NCBI GenBank assembly: GCA_964016885.1
Contig: OZ024762.1
Span: 4,588,001-4,652,000 of the forward strand
Source: Eledone cirrhosa
Lineage: Eukaryota
Direction: 5' to 3'
Length of the DNA stretch: 64,000 bases
Shown piece by piece: positions 30,031 through 45,533 of the stretch. A program made the position numbers and the translations under genes. Below the pieces are notes generated by a model. It was given only the letters and a program-made list of their open reading frames with translations, ran no database searches and was not told the DNA's origin. Numbering within the stretch: the first letter of the stretch is position 1; every line of letters begins with the position of its first letter.

Positions 30031-30330
30031 GTCGATAAACAAATGACGTACAACCTGCATGATAATCGAGTCCTCAAGACTTCAAGACACCTTCAAGACA
30101 CCTGCCTTAATCTCTGACTCACAACTAAACAGGGTGGCACATGGCTCCACTCGGTGCCGTCATCATCAACCGGTTCCCTTCTGATTGGAAAATGATGACA
30201 GCGTTCCAACTACTCCGTGGGGCGTATATATGTAGTAGTAGTAGTAGTAGTAGTAGTAGTACAAATTAAAGTTTAGTAATAAATATTTACTCTACGGGTT
30301 TATATATACTTTTACACACACACACATATA

Positions 30331-30367
<37 letters not shown>

Positions 30368-30440
30368 TACATATAAACCCGTAGAGCAAATATTCATTAC
30401 TAAACTTTAATTTGTACTACTACTACTACTACTACTACTA

Positions 30441-30480
<40 letters not shown>

Positions 30481-31219
30481 TATACATAAATATACGGCGC
30501 TTAACGCCCCACGGAGTCGTTGGAACGCCGTCTTGACACACACCGTGTCTTGGGCATTTTAAAATCATCATTTTCCAATCAGGGTGCACCCGATTTCTTC
30601 TATATATATATGGTGGTGGTGGTGGTAGTGGTGGTGGTGGTGGTAGTGGGGGTGGTGGTGGTGGTGGTCGTCGTAGTAGTAGTGGTGGTGGTGGTGGTGG
30701 TGGTGGTGGTGGTGGTGGTGGTGGTGGTGTGGTGGTGGTGGTGTGGTGGTGGTGTAGAACCTCCGCAATGTATCTTCCACAAGATACATGAAATGCCACC
30801 TGGAGAATAATCACTAGACACGACATTTTCAATGGTGTAAGGTGTAGAGGAAAACCAGATGGTAGAGAGAGGGGGGGAGATGGGTAGTAGGAGTGGGAGG
30901 GGGAGATAGATAGTAGGAGTGGGAGGGGGATTTAGAAAGAGAGAGAAAGAGAAAGATTATCAGGAGGAAGAGGGAAAAAGATCGCAAAACTATAACGAGA
31001 GTAAAAAGTAAATCGGAGAAATTACATATATGTATGTGTGTGTGTGTGTGTATGTGTGTGTCTGTGTGTGTCTGTGTGTGTCTGTGTGTGTGTGTACATA
31101 CGCATATATACATATGTAATTTCTCTGATTTACTTTATATATATATATATATATATTTAGAGAGAGAGAGAGAGATAGAGAAAGAGACAGATAGAGAGAG
31201 AAAGAGAAAGAGACAGATA

Positions 31220-31251
<32 letters not shown>

Positions 31252-31649
31252 AAGAGAGAAAGAGAGAGGAGGGTAATGACTTTTTTATATTTGTTTTCAA
31301 ATTCTGTATTCGTATTTGTTTAGTTCGACTTCCGGTACTCCCAAATAATCAACATCCGGTGGTTCACGTTTATTTAAGGGGTGTTAAAGTTTGGGGGAGG
31401 GGGAGAGGGACATAACTCTATGAAGATGGAGGAGGGAACTATTTCGTGATGATTTATTTCTACTTCCTGTCTACTTTAGAGCAGAGAAGAATGATGAACG
31501 AAATCAACAATCTGGTTTCGATACCCAGTCATCCAAAATTCACTTCACTCACCTTTCTTGTGTTCTTGAGCAAGGCATGAACGCCCCTCAATCTATTGGT
31601 TTTTTTTTCATTATTTTCTTTCTCTTTAAAGATCTTATATTGGGAATTA

Positions 31650-31930
31650 GCGGCGAATTGGCAGAGTCGTTAGAACGTCGGATAGAATGCTTTACGGTAT
31701 TTGTTCCGGCTATCTGAGTTCAAATCCCACTGAGGTCAACTTTCCCTTTCATCCTTTCAAGGTCAATAAAAAAAAGTACCAGTCTGGTACTGGGGTCGAT
31801 TCTTCCTCGACATCTCTTTCTCATTTCCTCTCTCTCACTTTCTATCTTTCTCTGGAAGAAATCTGCTGTACTGAGGCCTGGAGAGGGTTAGGCTCCGCCA
31901 GGCTTAAAATGCCCAAGTAACGCCATATGT
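31650..31930 (+). mobile_element. Second, longer tRNA-derived SINE subfamily (also ~9445-9740, ~9798-9930, ~41443-41770, ~43425-43630(-))
   Basis: Head GGCGAATTGGCAGAGTCGTTAGAACGTCGG, shared core, CT-rich 3' part and CTGGAAGAAATCTGCTGT tail. Confidence 0.75.
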
Positions 31931-32972
31931 CAATACAATTCCTGCCAGGAAACAAACTCTCGATCTCACAATTGTGAGCTGAACGATCTAACCACTAAGC
32001 TGCTTATTTTCACTCTCCAATGGTGTACACCCATGTAAAGAATGCTCAAATTGGTAGATAAAGACTAGCGTAAGTTTGTTCGCCAGCTTGATAAAACTTT
32101 TGATGAAGTGTGGGATTTCTTGGGTGTGATTAAATTAAGTATGTGTGGTTGTAGGAGGTGGGGGGGGGGGGGGGGGGGTATTAAAGTTATTAATTTTGTT
32201 TATAATTGTTGTTGCTGTTGTTGTGGGAAGTATTGTTGTTGAGTGGGTAATATAAAATTACGGTTGATGGAGCGAAATAACGAGTGTATTGATAAATATC
32301 TCGACGACTCTTCTTAGATAGGATGACTACAATGTAGTGTTAAGAACTTTCTGAAGGCTTTGTGATTAGGGTATTCGGCTCCCAATGGTAAGGTTGTGAG
32401 TTCGATTCCCGGCGGCGCACTGTGTCCTTGAGCAAGACACTTTAACGTAGTTCTTAGAAAGATTCAGCGTAACATAGAATGTGACATGGCTGATCCTTCG
32501 AATTACAGGTACAACTCATTTTCTCCAGCTGAGTGGACTGAAACAACGTGAAATAAAATGTCTTGCTCAAAGACACAACGCGTCACCGCAAATCGAACTC
32601 GGGACCTTACGATCGTCAGCCGAAAACCCTAACCACTAAGCCACGCGTTGTTTAAGCAGTTATTTTATAACTGATTTCTTATCCAGTTACGTCCATCACA
32701 TCTTATGTAACCCTAAACAGTGATTGGTGTTCGACACAGTTAAACTAGAGCTGTCACTTACAATAGAGTATGACACGACTGACAGGTACTACGACAGAGG
32801 CACACACATATCCACCTTGACCCTTGTTCCTTTAATTCAGCGGAGTATCCCGGATGTGGCAGAAAAAGGGAGAGAAGCTTCCATCAGAAGGGAGTTACCA
32901 TTTACCTTTATCGACCCCGAAACAGATTAAAGACAAAGTAGACCTCAGCGGGATTTGAACTCAGAGCACAGG

Positions 32973-33060
<88 letters not shown>

Positions 33061-33265
33061 TGCGTGCGTGCGTGTGCGTGCGTGCGTGCGTGCGTGCGTG
33101 ATTGAAATGTATATTGTAGTAGGATATCGCAGTATAAACAATATATAATAAGTATAGATAAAGTAGCAAGGATGTACAGTTTTATTGGCTAGTTTAATGA
33201 GGAGAAAGTGAAAGAGAGCAAGAGAGATAGGGAGTTAGGAGAGAGAGAGAGAGCGAGCGAGCGAG

Positions 33266-33323
<58 letters not shown>

Positions 33324-33781
33324 ATTGAGAACGAGGGAGAGAGAATGCATTGCCGCTATCATTTTCAACGTCTCCTAAACTGGAAGACGTAAACAGGATG
33401 AGATTAATGTAACTCATTGGTTGAGAGAGAAGGAAAGAGAGGGGGGGAGAGAGTGAAGGAAAGAGAGGGGGAGAGAGTGAAGGAAAGAGAAAGAGGGAGA
33501 GAGTGAAGAAAAGAGAGAGAGTGAAGGAAATAGAGAGAGGGGGAGAATAAAACATGAGAAAGAAGAGGATTAGAAGGAGTTCCAAAGTGCAGAGTTGCAG
33601 GTTCTGGGAAACAGGATTTGATATTAAAGGGTTTTAATTACAGACTGTTGAGGGTGGAGGAGACACTATCAGACACAATTAGAATGAGGGCAAGAGCATA
33701 TATATATCTATGTATATATTGTATGTATGTGTGTGCATGTATGTATGTATGTATGTATGTATGTATGTATGTATGTATGTA

Positions 33782-33822
<41 letters not shown>

Positions 33823-33876
33823 ATGTATGTATGTATGTGTGTATGTATGTGTGTGTGCATGTATGTATGTGTGTGC

Positions 33877-33940
<64 letters not shown>

Positions 33941-34751
33941 TACTGGTTGATTTTAGCTCGGTATATCCGGAAGGTATGGAGTACCATAGGATTCGACGAT
34001 GAACGTTCCATTCGTTCGATCAATAGGGCAGCCTGCGCTTGAAATTAACGTGTAAGTGGCTGAGCATTCCATAGACACATGTACCCGTAACGTAATTTTG
34101 ATCTAGACTCAGTATGACATGATGTGAGACAAGACCAACTCTTTGATTCACATGTACAGTTCATCTGACGGGCTTCCAAACAGTTTCCGCCTACCCAATA
34201 CTTTCCCTTGGGTCGAGCCTATACTATGGGAAATGTCACTTGCCCAAGATGCCATGCAGTGAGATCGAACCTGCGGCATAATGATTGCAAAGGGAACTTC
34301 TTAACTGTTCGGCCATGCAGTGTATCAAGTGTGTGTATACATCACCTTTCTTTATTTCCTTCTTCCAGTCACTAGCAGAAAAACTAGCACGTGTAGTGTG
34401 TATATTGATATTATACGCAGGTATATATACATGTAGATATAATACATCACATAAAATCGTAGTTGACAATATACACAGAGATTGAACGAAGACTGCGTTA
34501 CACTGTTTTATGTAATCAGTAATGTAATCCATGATACATTAAAAAAAAGACGATATTATATATAAACTGCATTAGGAGAAAATTAGTGACGGAAATATAC
34601 GAATGTTTATTTAAGCGATCGCTAACCGGAAGTGTTGACATTTGAAAATTTTAAAGAAGTAAATTTTTAAATAAGTAATAAAATATATTTAATCAACAGC
34701 TACGAAATGTAGCAGATAAATTATGTAATATTCATTCATTATTTATTCAAA

Positions 34752-34942
34752 GGGCGGTGGATTGGCAGTATCGGTAGAGGGTCGGACGCCATGCTTTGAC
34801 GCATAGAGTTACGGCCCTTGCCATTCTGAGTTCAAATCCCGCCGAGGTTTACTTTGCCTTTCATCCTTACGGGGTCGATAAAATAAAGTACCAGTAATGT
34901 ACTGAGTAATTGCTGGCCTTGTGCCAAAAGTAGAAACAATTA
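34752..34942 (+). mobile_element. Full-length copy of the dominant ~190-bp tRNA-derived SINE
   Basis: A-box-like TGGCAGTATCGG, B-box GAGTTCAAATCC, core GCCTTTCATCCTTACGGGGTCGATAAAATAAAGTACCAG, tail AGAAACAATTAT. Other copies ~228-385(+), 6665-7028(-, x2), 10143-10300(-), 25334-25550(+), 35239-35360(-), 41173-41300(-), 45910-46018(+), 46045-46140(-). Confidence 0.9.
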
Positions 34943-34983
34943 TATATATATTATATATATATATTATATATATATATTATATA

Positions 34984-35030
<47 letters not shown>

Positions 35031-35796
35031 ATTATATATATATTATATATGTATTATATATATATGAGATATATATTATATATATAGATATATATAACAC
35101 ACACACGAAAGAACTTAGAACTTTGACTTAGAACTAATTAATAACTAATAATAAAGCTGAAGAGAAAATCGATAGTGCGTGTGTTTTTATTGGCAACATG
35201 GCCATAACCAAATATAACAATATATATATATATATACGGGTACTTTATCTTATCGATCCCCATAAAGATAAGAGGCAAAGCTAACCTCGGTGGGATTTGA
35301 ACTCGGAACACAAAGTGCCGTAACTTATATGCCGTAACACATGTTGTCCGGCGCTCTACACATTACTACCATAAATAATGAAGATATATAGAAGATCAAA
35401 ATAATAATAAACATAGGTTGTGTGGTTTGCAACCACGTGATTTCCGGTTAAGTCCCGCTACACGGTCGGTGGCACCATTGCCAAATGTTTTGGTCTATAG
35501 CTTCAGGCTGACAAATGCCTTATGAGTGAAATTTGGTAGACGGCAGCAGTGCAGAAGCCTGTCGTGTGTGCGTTTGTTTTGTGTCTCGTAACTTAGAAGA
35601 TTGATAAAACACGTCTCTAAAATAAGTATGGGGTTGATATACTCGACCAAATCCCTTCGGGGCGGTGTCCCAGCATGGCCACAGTCTAATGACTGAAATC
35701 AGTAACAAATGAATGAAGGAATATATATATATATATACATAAATGGTGTCCCCAAAAATGTATACACATATTTATTAGGAGGTAGGGGAGACCCTG

Positions 35797-35830
<34 letters not shown>

Positions 35831-35999
35831 TATATATATTATATATTATAGGGTAAAATGAGAGGAGGCTGGACAGGTTGTATTCCTTTAAATTTTTACT
35901 ACGACCAAATTTTAGCGTATATGTGTGTGTATAGGTATATATGTATATATATATATGTGTGTGTATAGGTATATATGTATATGTGTGTGTGTATAGGTA

Positions 36000-36043
<44 letters not shown>

Positions 36044-36065
36044 CGTGTGTATAGGTATATATATA

Positions 36066-36280
36066 TAACGAAGGAAATGTGGTAAGGAACCAGGTGGACC
36101 ATAACGCACCAAAGTACTCAATACTTAGGGTAGTAGAGTGGGTAATAGGAACGAGTAGGACCCCAACGGCTGAGCTCAAGCCGTTTCGACGGCTAATTCT
36201 GGACTAAAAAAATCCAGAATTAGTCCAGAATTAGCCGTCGAAACGGCTTGAGCTCAGCCGTCGGGGTCCTACTCGTTCCT
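36066..36280 (-). mobile_element. Family A palindrome-headed element
   Basis: Reverse complement of the element at 1-195; flanked by (TA)n. Confidence 0.65.
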
Positions 36281-36282
36281 GT

Positions 36283-36325
<43 letters not shown>

Positions 36326-37260
36326 GTTGGTGAACAAACGAGAAGACAACATAAATACCCGAAATAAACCACAGAAATATATAAATATATAAACCACCAA
36401 CACAACATAAACAAAGAGATAAGATGTAAAGATAATATTTGAAGAGCTCACCCCAAGGGAATTTAGGAAGGCGGGTATCAGGGTTTAGTTGCTAGAAGTC
36501 CTAGTATTAACCTGGTCCTCGGTGGTATAGTGGGCTGGCGGAGTGTCTCTGTCGGTGTGATCGTCAGTGGGAGAAGAAAAAAAAGGCTGTTGTTTTGGGG
36601 AGTGGGGGTGGGGAGAACGGTGAGGGAGTGGGAGAGTTTGGGTGTGAGGGTGTGGTGGAGGGGTTTGATGTTGTACAGTGAAGTAGTGTGCAGGATGATG
36701 AGCAGGGGTGGAGACGGGGCGGATGGAAGAAGAAGAAGAAAAAGAAGAAGAAGAAAAAGAAAAAGAAAAAGAAAGAGGAGAAGGAGAAGAAGAAGAAGAA
36801 GAAGAAGAAGGAGAAGAAGAAGAAGGAGAAGAAGAAGGAGAAGAAGAAGAAGAAGGCAAGCTGTTGTTACCTAGTTATGCATGTCCATATGTATGTGCCT
36901 AGTGACTGAGAGAGCAGCCAGGTAGGTAGAGGGTGATAGGTAGATAGGTAGGTAGGTAGATGATGGGTAGATAGGTGGGTAGGTAGATAGGCAGGTAGGC
37001 GGGTAGATAGGTGTACAGATAGATATATAGATAGGTAGCTAGGTAGGCAGGTATGGGGGTAGGCGGGTAAGTAGGTAGCAAGCAGGCGAAGATGTGCAGT
37101 AATTTGACCACCGGCCAGCGAGAGGCTATTACGGTGAAGGGACAGGAGAGGACGATGGGCAGTAATTTGGCCTCCACAGCTGACCTGACCCACCAGAGGA
37201 TGTTACACAACACACACATTCATACATACATACATACATACATACATACGTACGTACATA

Positions 37261-37855
37261 CATGGTGGTTGCCAACTCGTTTTCGAGTACGGCCACTACT
37301 TTATATCCATGTAGGAGAACCCCTACCGAAGCGCTGAACGAGTGTGACTTTTTAGTCCAGCCAGCGACTTGAAAACTCTGGTACAAACACTACACCTGTG
37401 ACAATTACTGACACATAGTGCTGGGCCCATGGTACCATGTGACGACAAGTGCAGAGAGATCTCCAGATATAAAGCAATGCCTGTGCCGTGAAGCTTTTAT
37501 AGTGAGCAAAGGCACTGCACAAAGCCAGTCCCACTCTCTTAACCAAGATGATATTTACCAAAAAGAAGAACAAGTCAACATCATTGGATACCATCAGGGT
37601 TGCAGGTGTTATATCAGTGTTCCTTCTCCTAGAATTCTGCCTTGACAAAGGCTAAGGGGTCATTTCTCCCGGTGATTTTGGATGGCCATTGACTCTTAAG
37701 AGCTCCTTTGCCCTTTGACAGGTTTTGTTTTTAGTCCTGCAGGATGCCCAAAGTCACCCTCCTCACCAAGAAACCTTGGTGGGGTTGCCAGTTTAGTCGC
37801 CAACGACCCGACCATGAGACAGGTTGTACTGGGATAGATGTTACCAGTAGCACCA

Positions 37856-37856
<1 letters not shown>
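37261..37856 (-). mobile_element. Bipartite RTE-derived element, copy 2
   Basis: Reverse complement of 19863-20472, slightly 5'-truncated, with (ATGT)n tail. Confidence 0.8.
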
Positions 37857-37898
<42 letters not shown>

Positions 37899-37960
37899 TA
37901 TACATATACATATATATACATACATATACACATAAATAAATATATATAAATAAATTCATA

Positions 37961-37992
<32 letters not shown>

Positions 37993-38075
37993 CATATATA
38001 TACATACATATATATCAACAACATCAATGATGATGATAATGAAAATGAAAGAAAGGAGAAGAGGTCGGTATAATA

Positions 38076-38347
38076 ACTGTTTCTACTTTAGGCACAAGGC
38101 CAGCAATTACCTAGTACATTACTGGTACTTTATTTTATCGACCCCGTAAGGATGAAAGGCAAAGTTAACCTTAGCGGGATTTGAACTCAATCGTAAAGGG
38201 ACGTAACTATGCTGGAAAGCATGGCGTCCGACCCTCTACCGATACTGCCAATCCACCGCCCTAACATGGCGTCCGACCCTCTACCGATACTGCCAATCCA
38301 CCGCCCTAACATGGTGTCCGACCCTCTACCGATACTGCCAATCCACC
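38076..38347 (-). mobile_element. SINE with triplicated 5' head
   Basis: CATGGCGTCCGACCCTCTACCGATACTGCCAATCCACC occurs three times in 38220-38347. Confidence 0.8.
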
Positions 38348-38623
38348 TGGTGGTGAGGGGATCGAGGAGGACGTAAGTTCTAGAAAATTCTATTTCATGT
38401 TTTTTGTTATTGTTTGTCTCGCTCTCTCTCTCTCTTCCTCTCTCTCTATATATATCTACCTCTCTCTCTTTATCTATCTATCTCCCCCCACCTCTCTCTC
38501 TCTCCACTCAACGCTCAGCACTGACATAATCACGAAACTATTTCGCTGCGCACAGAAAACATGCTTCCGAAATAATACATGCTCGCATAACATGGATTCC
38601 CTAACTCTCACTCTACACCCTCC

Positions 38624-38732
<109 letters not shown>

Positions 38733-38750
38733 ATGTATGTATGTATGTGG

Positions 38751-38826
<76 letters not shown>

Positions 38827-38838
38827 ATGTATGTATGT

Positions 38839-38912
<74 letters not shown>

Positions 38913-38946
38913 ATGTATGTATGTATGTATGTATGTATGTATGTGG

Positions 38947-39054
<108 letters not shown>

Positions 39055-39156
39055 CTGTGTGTGTGAGTGTGTACTGAGACCTTGGTGCAGTTGTACGTGC
39101 TTCACAGGAATGTGAGAAGACAATAAACACCAACACATAGACACCCCCTACACATA

Positions 39157-39197
<41 letters not shown>

Positions 39198-39894
39198 GTC
39201 TGTGTATGTATCTGTGTGTATGTATATATGTATGAGTATAAATGTGGGGCGGGTGTTCGGCGTATACGTCGAGAAAGTTTATTTTTTAATAGGAAATAAA
39301 AGAAGATATCTGCTGTAAACAAGGAATTTGTAAATGTGAAGAGAAATATTTTCTCTTAGGAATAAGTGTAGTACAATATTCTGTCGGGATTATAAGAAGT
39401 TCGCATCGAAATCCTAACGTATTTCGACATACCAAGCTAAATTAAATCTCTTCGTGTGTGTGTGTGTGTGCGTGTGCGTGTGCGTGTGCGTGTGTGTGTA
39501 TGTGTGTGCGCGTGCGTGTGTGTGCGTGTGCGAGCGTGATTGAAAAGAAAATAGGGTAATTATGAAGGATTGATGCTAGAACTGTGAAATCTTGCGTGCA
39601 TAAATTTTAACTCTTCTTATTAATAACTACATTGTTTCTTTCCAGAGACTATGTTGAAAAATAAACCTCATTTGGTCATTCCATGAGAGTATCTTGGTCA
39701 GCCTATGAACCTTTCAGTTGACCCTCGTACATATATACCGTTATTTTGTTGAATGTATAGTTTGTGCCATAGGTCGGTTATCTTGGTGTCACATTTGTTT
39801 TTAACTTTCGATCCATTGAGTGCTCTGTGATTGCCTCAAAACAAATCGAATTGTACATGTTATCTCCTCACTCCCTCTCGGAGTTCCTCCCTAC

Positions 39895-39930
39895 TTTTCT
39901 GATGAAGGACTTGTGTCCGAAACGTCGCAA
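39895..39930 (+). ncRNA. Minimal Penelope-type hammerhead motif
   Basis: CTGATGA-A-GGAC-ttgt-GTCC-GAAAC-GTC; helix I poorly paired. Confidence 0.55.
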
Positions 39931-40008
39931 CCTCCAGCATTTTCAGCAAGCGTGAAGCTAATAACACTATGTACTATTGACTCCTGCGTTTGTTTGTTTG
40001 TCATTTTG

Positions 40009-40055
<47 letters not shown>

Positions 40056-40352
40056 TAAAGACCCCTATGGGATTGCACAAGTCTGGGCAGGTTTGCTTGA
40101 GGAATACATACTAATCTTCCCCTCTCCGTGGTGCCCATGCATACCGGTTTCCTCCTATACACTGATGTTGTCCAACGGAAAGACAAAGGCCAATACAGCT
40201 GGTACTAACGAAGTCGTAACTAATTACTACCGCTGAATAATTGTAGAGCAACAGGAATCGAACTCACAACCTCACCATTGCAAGTCCAACTCTCTAACTA
40301 CTAAGCCATGCACCTTCAATAATTGCCTCCTGTGTTTTGTTTGTTTATTAAC

Positions 40353-40384
<32 letters not shown>

Positions 40385-40521
40385 TATATATATAGTTATG
40401 TAATAAACAACATAAGGCAATTATTCCATTTACCAGTGGTTTCTTAAAAGCAAAAAATGTTGCTTTCAATCATCAGAATGAAAAAATCCTGGTCTGTTTA
40501 TTGAATTTGGATTTTAAAAAC

Positions 40522-40562
<41 letters not shown>

Positions 40563-42232
40563 TCACATAAGTGAGTGAGTGAGTGAGTGAGTGAGTGAGT
40601 GAGTGTGTACGTGCATACGTGTATTAGAGTGGGAAAGCAAAGACATGTCCCTCACACAAAATTGTGGGATTTCAATAAGACGTGGTTGCCTCCCTTTATA
40701 TCACCCCCACCCGGCAAGTCTTTCGGTCTTTTCCGGAGTGAGATAAAATCTATATCAAACTACTGGTACTCCAGACTGGCCGTAGTCGAATGACTGATAA
40801 CAATAAAGAAGAATATACAATATTTACGTGCGACTTGATGTATGTATGTGTGTTTGCCTGGGTGCGTGTGTGTGTATGTGTCAGTGTGGTGTATGTGTCA
40901 GTGTGTGTGTATGTCTTTGTATGTATGTGTGTATTTACATATATATGTATGTATGTGTAATATGTATGTGTGTATGTATGCATGTGTGTGTATGTATGTA
41001 TGTGTTTATGTATGTATGTATGTGTCTGTATTTATGTATATGTGTGCGCATGTATGTATGAGTGTATGTATGTCTGTATATATGCATGTATGTATGCATA
41101 TATGTATATATATGTATGTGTGTATGTATGTGTGTGTGTGTATTGTGTATATAGTATTGAATGTTTATAACTGGCCAGCAATTACCCAGTATAATTACTG
41201 GTACTTTATTTTATCGACCCCGTAAGGATGAAAGGCAAAGTCAACCTCGGCGGGATTTGAACTCAGATCGTAAAGGGACGTAACTATGCTGGAAAGCATA
41301 TAATGAAAGTAAAGCTTCGTATGAAGCTTGTACACCTTTGTTAAGGGACATAACTCTAACATAGTTGTAGGTACTTTTAAGGGAGATAACTCATATAGGT
41401 TGGTAACTCGGTCGGAGTTATTCATGCTCATCTATAAGGTAAAGGCGGATAATTGACAGAGTGGTTAGAACGTCAGATAGAACGCTTTGTGGTCCTCGTT
41501 GCGGTTCTCTGCTCTCTGCGTTCAAATCCCACCGAGGTCAATTTTACCTTTCATCCATTCGAGGTCGAAAAGAAAGTACCAGTCAAATACTGGGGTCTAT
41601 TCTTTACTTTATATCTCTTTCTAACTTCCATTCTCCCTATCTCTCTCTCTCTCTCTTTCGCTCCTTTTCTCCCTCTCTCTCTCTATCTATCTATCTGTCT
41701 GTCTGTCTGTATTATTCTCTGGAAGTAATCTGCTGTGTTCACAAGTGGAGAAGAGATAGGCTCCGCCATGTTTCTAACAACAACAGCAACAACAGCAGCA
41801 ACAACAACAACAACAACAGCAGCAGCAACAACAGCAGCAACACCACCAACACCACCAACACCAACACCAGCCGCAACACCATCACCACCATCACCACCAC
41901 CATCAACACCACCATCACCACCAACACCACCACCACCACCACCAACAACAACACCATCACCACCGACACCAACAACAACTTCAGCAACATCAGCAGCAAT
42001 GTTATCACACATAACTACAATAGGAACCGCCCGGCTGATATCAAGTTACCGATCGTGATGGTGGGGGTGGGTTGGTGCAGTGGGGGAGTGATGGTGGGGT
42101 GGAGAAGTGATGGGGGGGTAAAAGGGTAAATATACATACATGCGTGTGTGTATATAGTCATCCAAGATATATGGAGTTTGATTCCTTGCAGATATACATA
42201 TACATATTTTAATACGCACATATACATATACG

Positions 42233-42346
<114 letters not shown>

Positions 42347-43676
42347 CATATATATACATACATTGACTGCCAATACTGGAATTGAACCATCAAGACAGTT
42401 GAGATATGTCATACATCAATTCATGTATTTTATCTGACGAGGACGTACTGAAAAACAGCACAAATATATATAATAAAACATATATTTTGATTATGTGAAT
42501 GTCTTCATTTATTAATATTAAGAATAATATTAATAACTCCAGAAAACTTCACTGTAGAGTGCTTTTAATCTATTGTAAAACTATATTCATTGAATACTCA
42601 CTGAACCATATTAATCTCTGGTTATATATATATATAACCAAAGATTAATATTGTTCATGTATATATAAACTAATAAGACTTTTTGTACCTGTTTTTTCGT
42701 CTCCTTGAACTATATACATATCTACACACACACACACAGATAGATATATATACATAATATAAAGAGCCGTTCCATATATATTTATATATACACATATATA
42801 TATTATATATATGTGTATATATAAACATATATATTTATATATACACATATATATATTATATATATGTGTATATATAAATATATATGGAACGGCTTTAAAA
42901 TAAAGTACCAGTAACGTATTGGGGTCGATTTGATCGACTTTCCCCTCCCCCATAATTGCTGACCTTGTGCCTATACTAGAAAAGTGCTTCACTCGCAATT
43001 CGGTTCAATTACCATTGGCGATTACATAATACTCATCTAAAGATCCGGTGATCTCGGTGTTAAATCCTATCTTTACATAGGTTTTATTTAATCGCCAATG
43101 ATTTTGAGCCGAGTTACCAGTGAAACATGTAATGAGAATAAGCATAAATTAAATTGATATCTAACTTTCCATAGAGAGAATAGATAGATAGATAACTTTC
43201 TTTTTATTTGCCACCAGGGCATCAAAAGTGGGACAAGTACAAGGAGGGGGGGGGGGGTGAGTTTACATGCAAAGGCGTCCTCAATATGGAGGAGGCAATA
43301 ACAAGATATAAAAGTATAAAAATAAAATAAAATATAACAAAATAAATTTTATAACAAAATCCTCAATGGGGAGGAGGCGCCTTGTGGGGGGGGGGGTCAA
43401 GTGGGGGAGAGAGAGAGACGGCGTTTCTAGGACATGTTTAAGCCTGGTGGTTCCAATCCCCTCTCCAGGTCTGACTACAGTAAATTTCTACCAGAGAAAG
43501 ATAGAGGGTGATAAAATGGAGGGGAGAAAGAGATATGGAGGAAGACTCGACCCCAGGACTCAGTTCGTACTTTATTTTATCGACCTGCAAAGGATGGAAG
43601 GAAAAGTTGACCTTGGCGGGATTTGAACGCAGCGGGTGGAGAGTCGAAAAAAATAGCACAGTGGTTGTGATGAGTT

Positions 43677-44275
43677 GTGGTGGTAATGGTGGTGGTGGTG
43701 GTGGTGGTGGTGGTGGTGGTGGTGGTAATGGTGGTGGTGGTGGTGGTGGTGGTGGTGGTGGTGGTGGTGGTAATGGTGGTGGTGGTGGTGGTGGTGGTGG
43801 TGGTGATGGTGGTGATGGTGGTGGTGGTGGTGGTGGTGGTGGTGGTGGTGATGGTAGTGGTGGTGGTGGTGATGGTGGTGATGGTGGTGGTGGTGGTGGT
43901 GGTGGTGGCGGTGATGGTGGTAATGGTGGTGGTGGTAATGGTGGTGGTGGTGATGGTAATGGTGATGGTGATGGTGGTAGTGGTGGTGATGGTGGTGGTG
44001 GTGGTGGTGGTGGTGGTGGTGGTGGTGGTGGAGGTGATGGTGGTAATGGTGGTGGTGGTAATGGTGGTGGTGGTGATGGTAATGGTGATGGTGATGGTGG
44101 TAGTGGTGGTGATGGTGGTGGTGGTAATGGTGATGGTGGTGGTGGTGATGGTGGTGGTGGTAATGGTGATGGTGGTGGTGGTAGTGGTGGAGGTGATGGT
44201 GGTAATGGTGGTGGTGGTGGTGGTGGTAGTGGTGATGCTGGTGGTAGTGGTGGTGGTGGTGGTGGTAGTGGTGAT
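43677..44275. repeat. (GGT)n/(GGT-GAT-AAT) trinucleotide expansion
   Basis: Direct inspection; similar tracts at 11370-11810, 27510-28130, 28870-29430, 30611-30755 and 41776-41980. Confidence 0.95.
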
Positions 44276-44598
44276 TGAAAGAGGCGGAGGGGATCCCGCA
44301 TGAAATCGAGAGGCATTGAATTTCATATACATGACATACATGTACATGTGTAACATATATATGTATAAACATGTATGTATATATTTGTATATATATACAC
44401 AAATCCATGTATGTGTACATATATATATATATATAACATATATATATATATATATATAACACATATATATAACACATATATAACACATATATAACACATA
44501 TATATAACACATATATAAATAACATATATATATAACATATATAAATAACATATATATATATAACATATATATATATAACATATATAACATATATATAT

Positions 44599-44788
44599 TC
44601 GGTGAATTGGCAGTATCGGTAGAAGGTCGGACGCCATGCTTTGACGCATAGAGTTACGGCCCGTGCCATTCTGAGTTCAAATCCCGCCGAGGTTAACTTT
44701 GCCTTTCATCCTTACGGGGTCGATAAAATAAAGTACCAGTAATGTACTGGGTAATTGCTGGCCTTGTGCCTAACGTAGAAACAATTAT
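44599..44788 (+). mobile_element. Dominant SINE, full length
   Basis: Near-consensus copy. Confidence 0.9.
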
Positions 44789-44944
44789 ATGTATGTCACG
44801 GTGTGTGGGGGAGATGTAAAGGTGTAAATGAAATGAGATTACCTGAAATACGATATAGTAGATAGGAGTAAAGTGGATGTAAGATATCTTCAAAGACTAA
44901 GATATTTCTTAACGCTTAACCAATACAAATACATATACTGTATG

Positions 44945-45001
<57 letters not shown>

Positions 45002-45252
45002 ACATGCGTGTATATATATACATGTATACTTATACATACAAACACACACATATACATGTATGCATATTTATATATATATAATATATATATATATGTATAT
45101 ATATATGTATATATATATGTATATATAAATATATATATATATATATATAAATATATATTATACATATATATATTTATATATACATATATATATAATATAA
45201 ATATATATATGAATATATGTATATATATATATATATATGTATATATATGTAT

Positions 45253-45286
<34 letters not shown>

Positions 45287-45377
45287 GTGTGTGTGTATAT
45301 ATATATATTTATATACATATATACATATATATATACATATACATATATATATGTGTGTATGTATATACATACATATG

Positions 45378-45408
<31 letters not shown>

Positions 45409-45488
45409 ATATATATATATTTATATACATATATACATATATATATACATATACATATATATATATGTGTGTATGTATATACATACAC

Positions 45489-45533
<45 letters not shown>

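Noticed and set aside
42434-42455. CTGACGAGGACGTACTGAAA hammerhead-like string
   Set aside because: Helix II and helices I/III do not pair; chance or too decayed.
43438-44669. Poly-Gly/Pro/His/Thr ORFs resembling structural proteins (also 11331-11771, 27569-28168)
   Set aside because: Trinucleotide repeats open in nearly all frames, starting in SINE sequence, with no splice or domain support.
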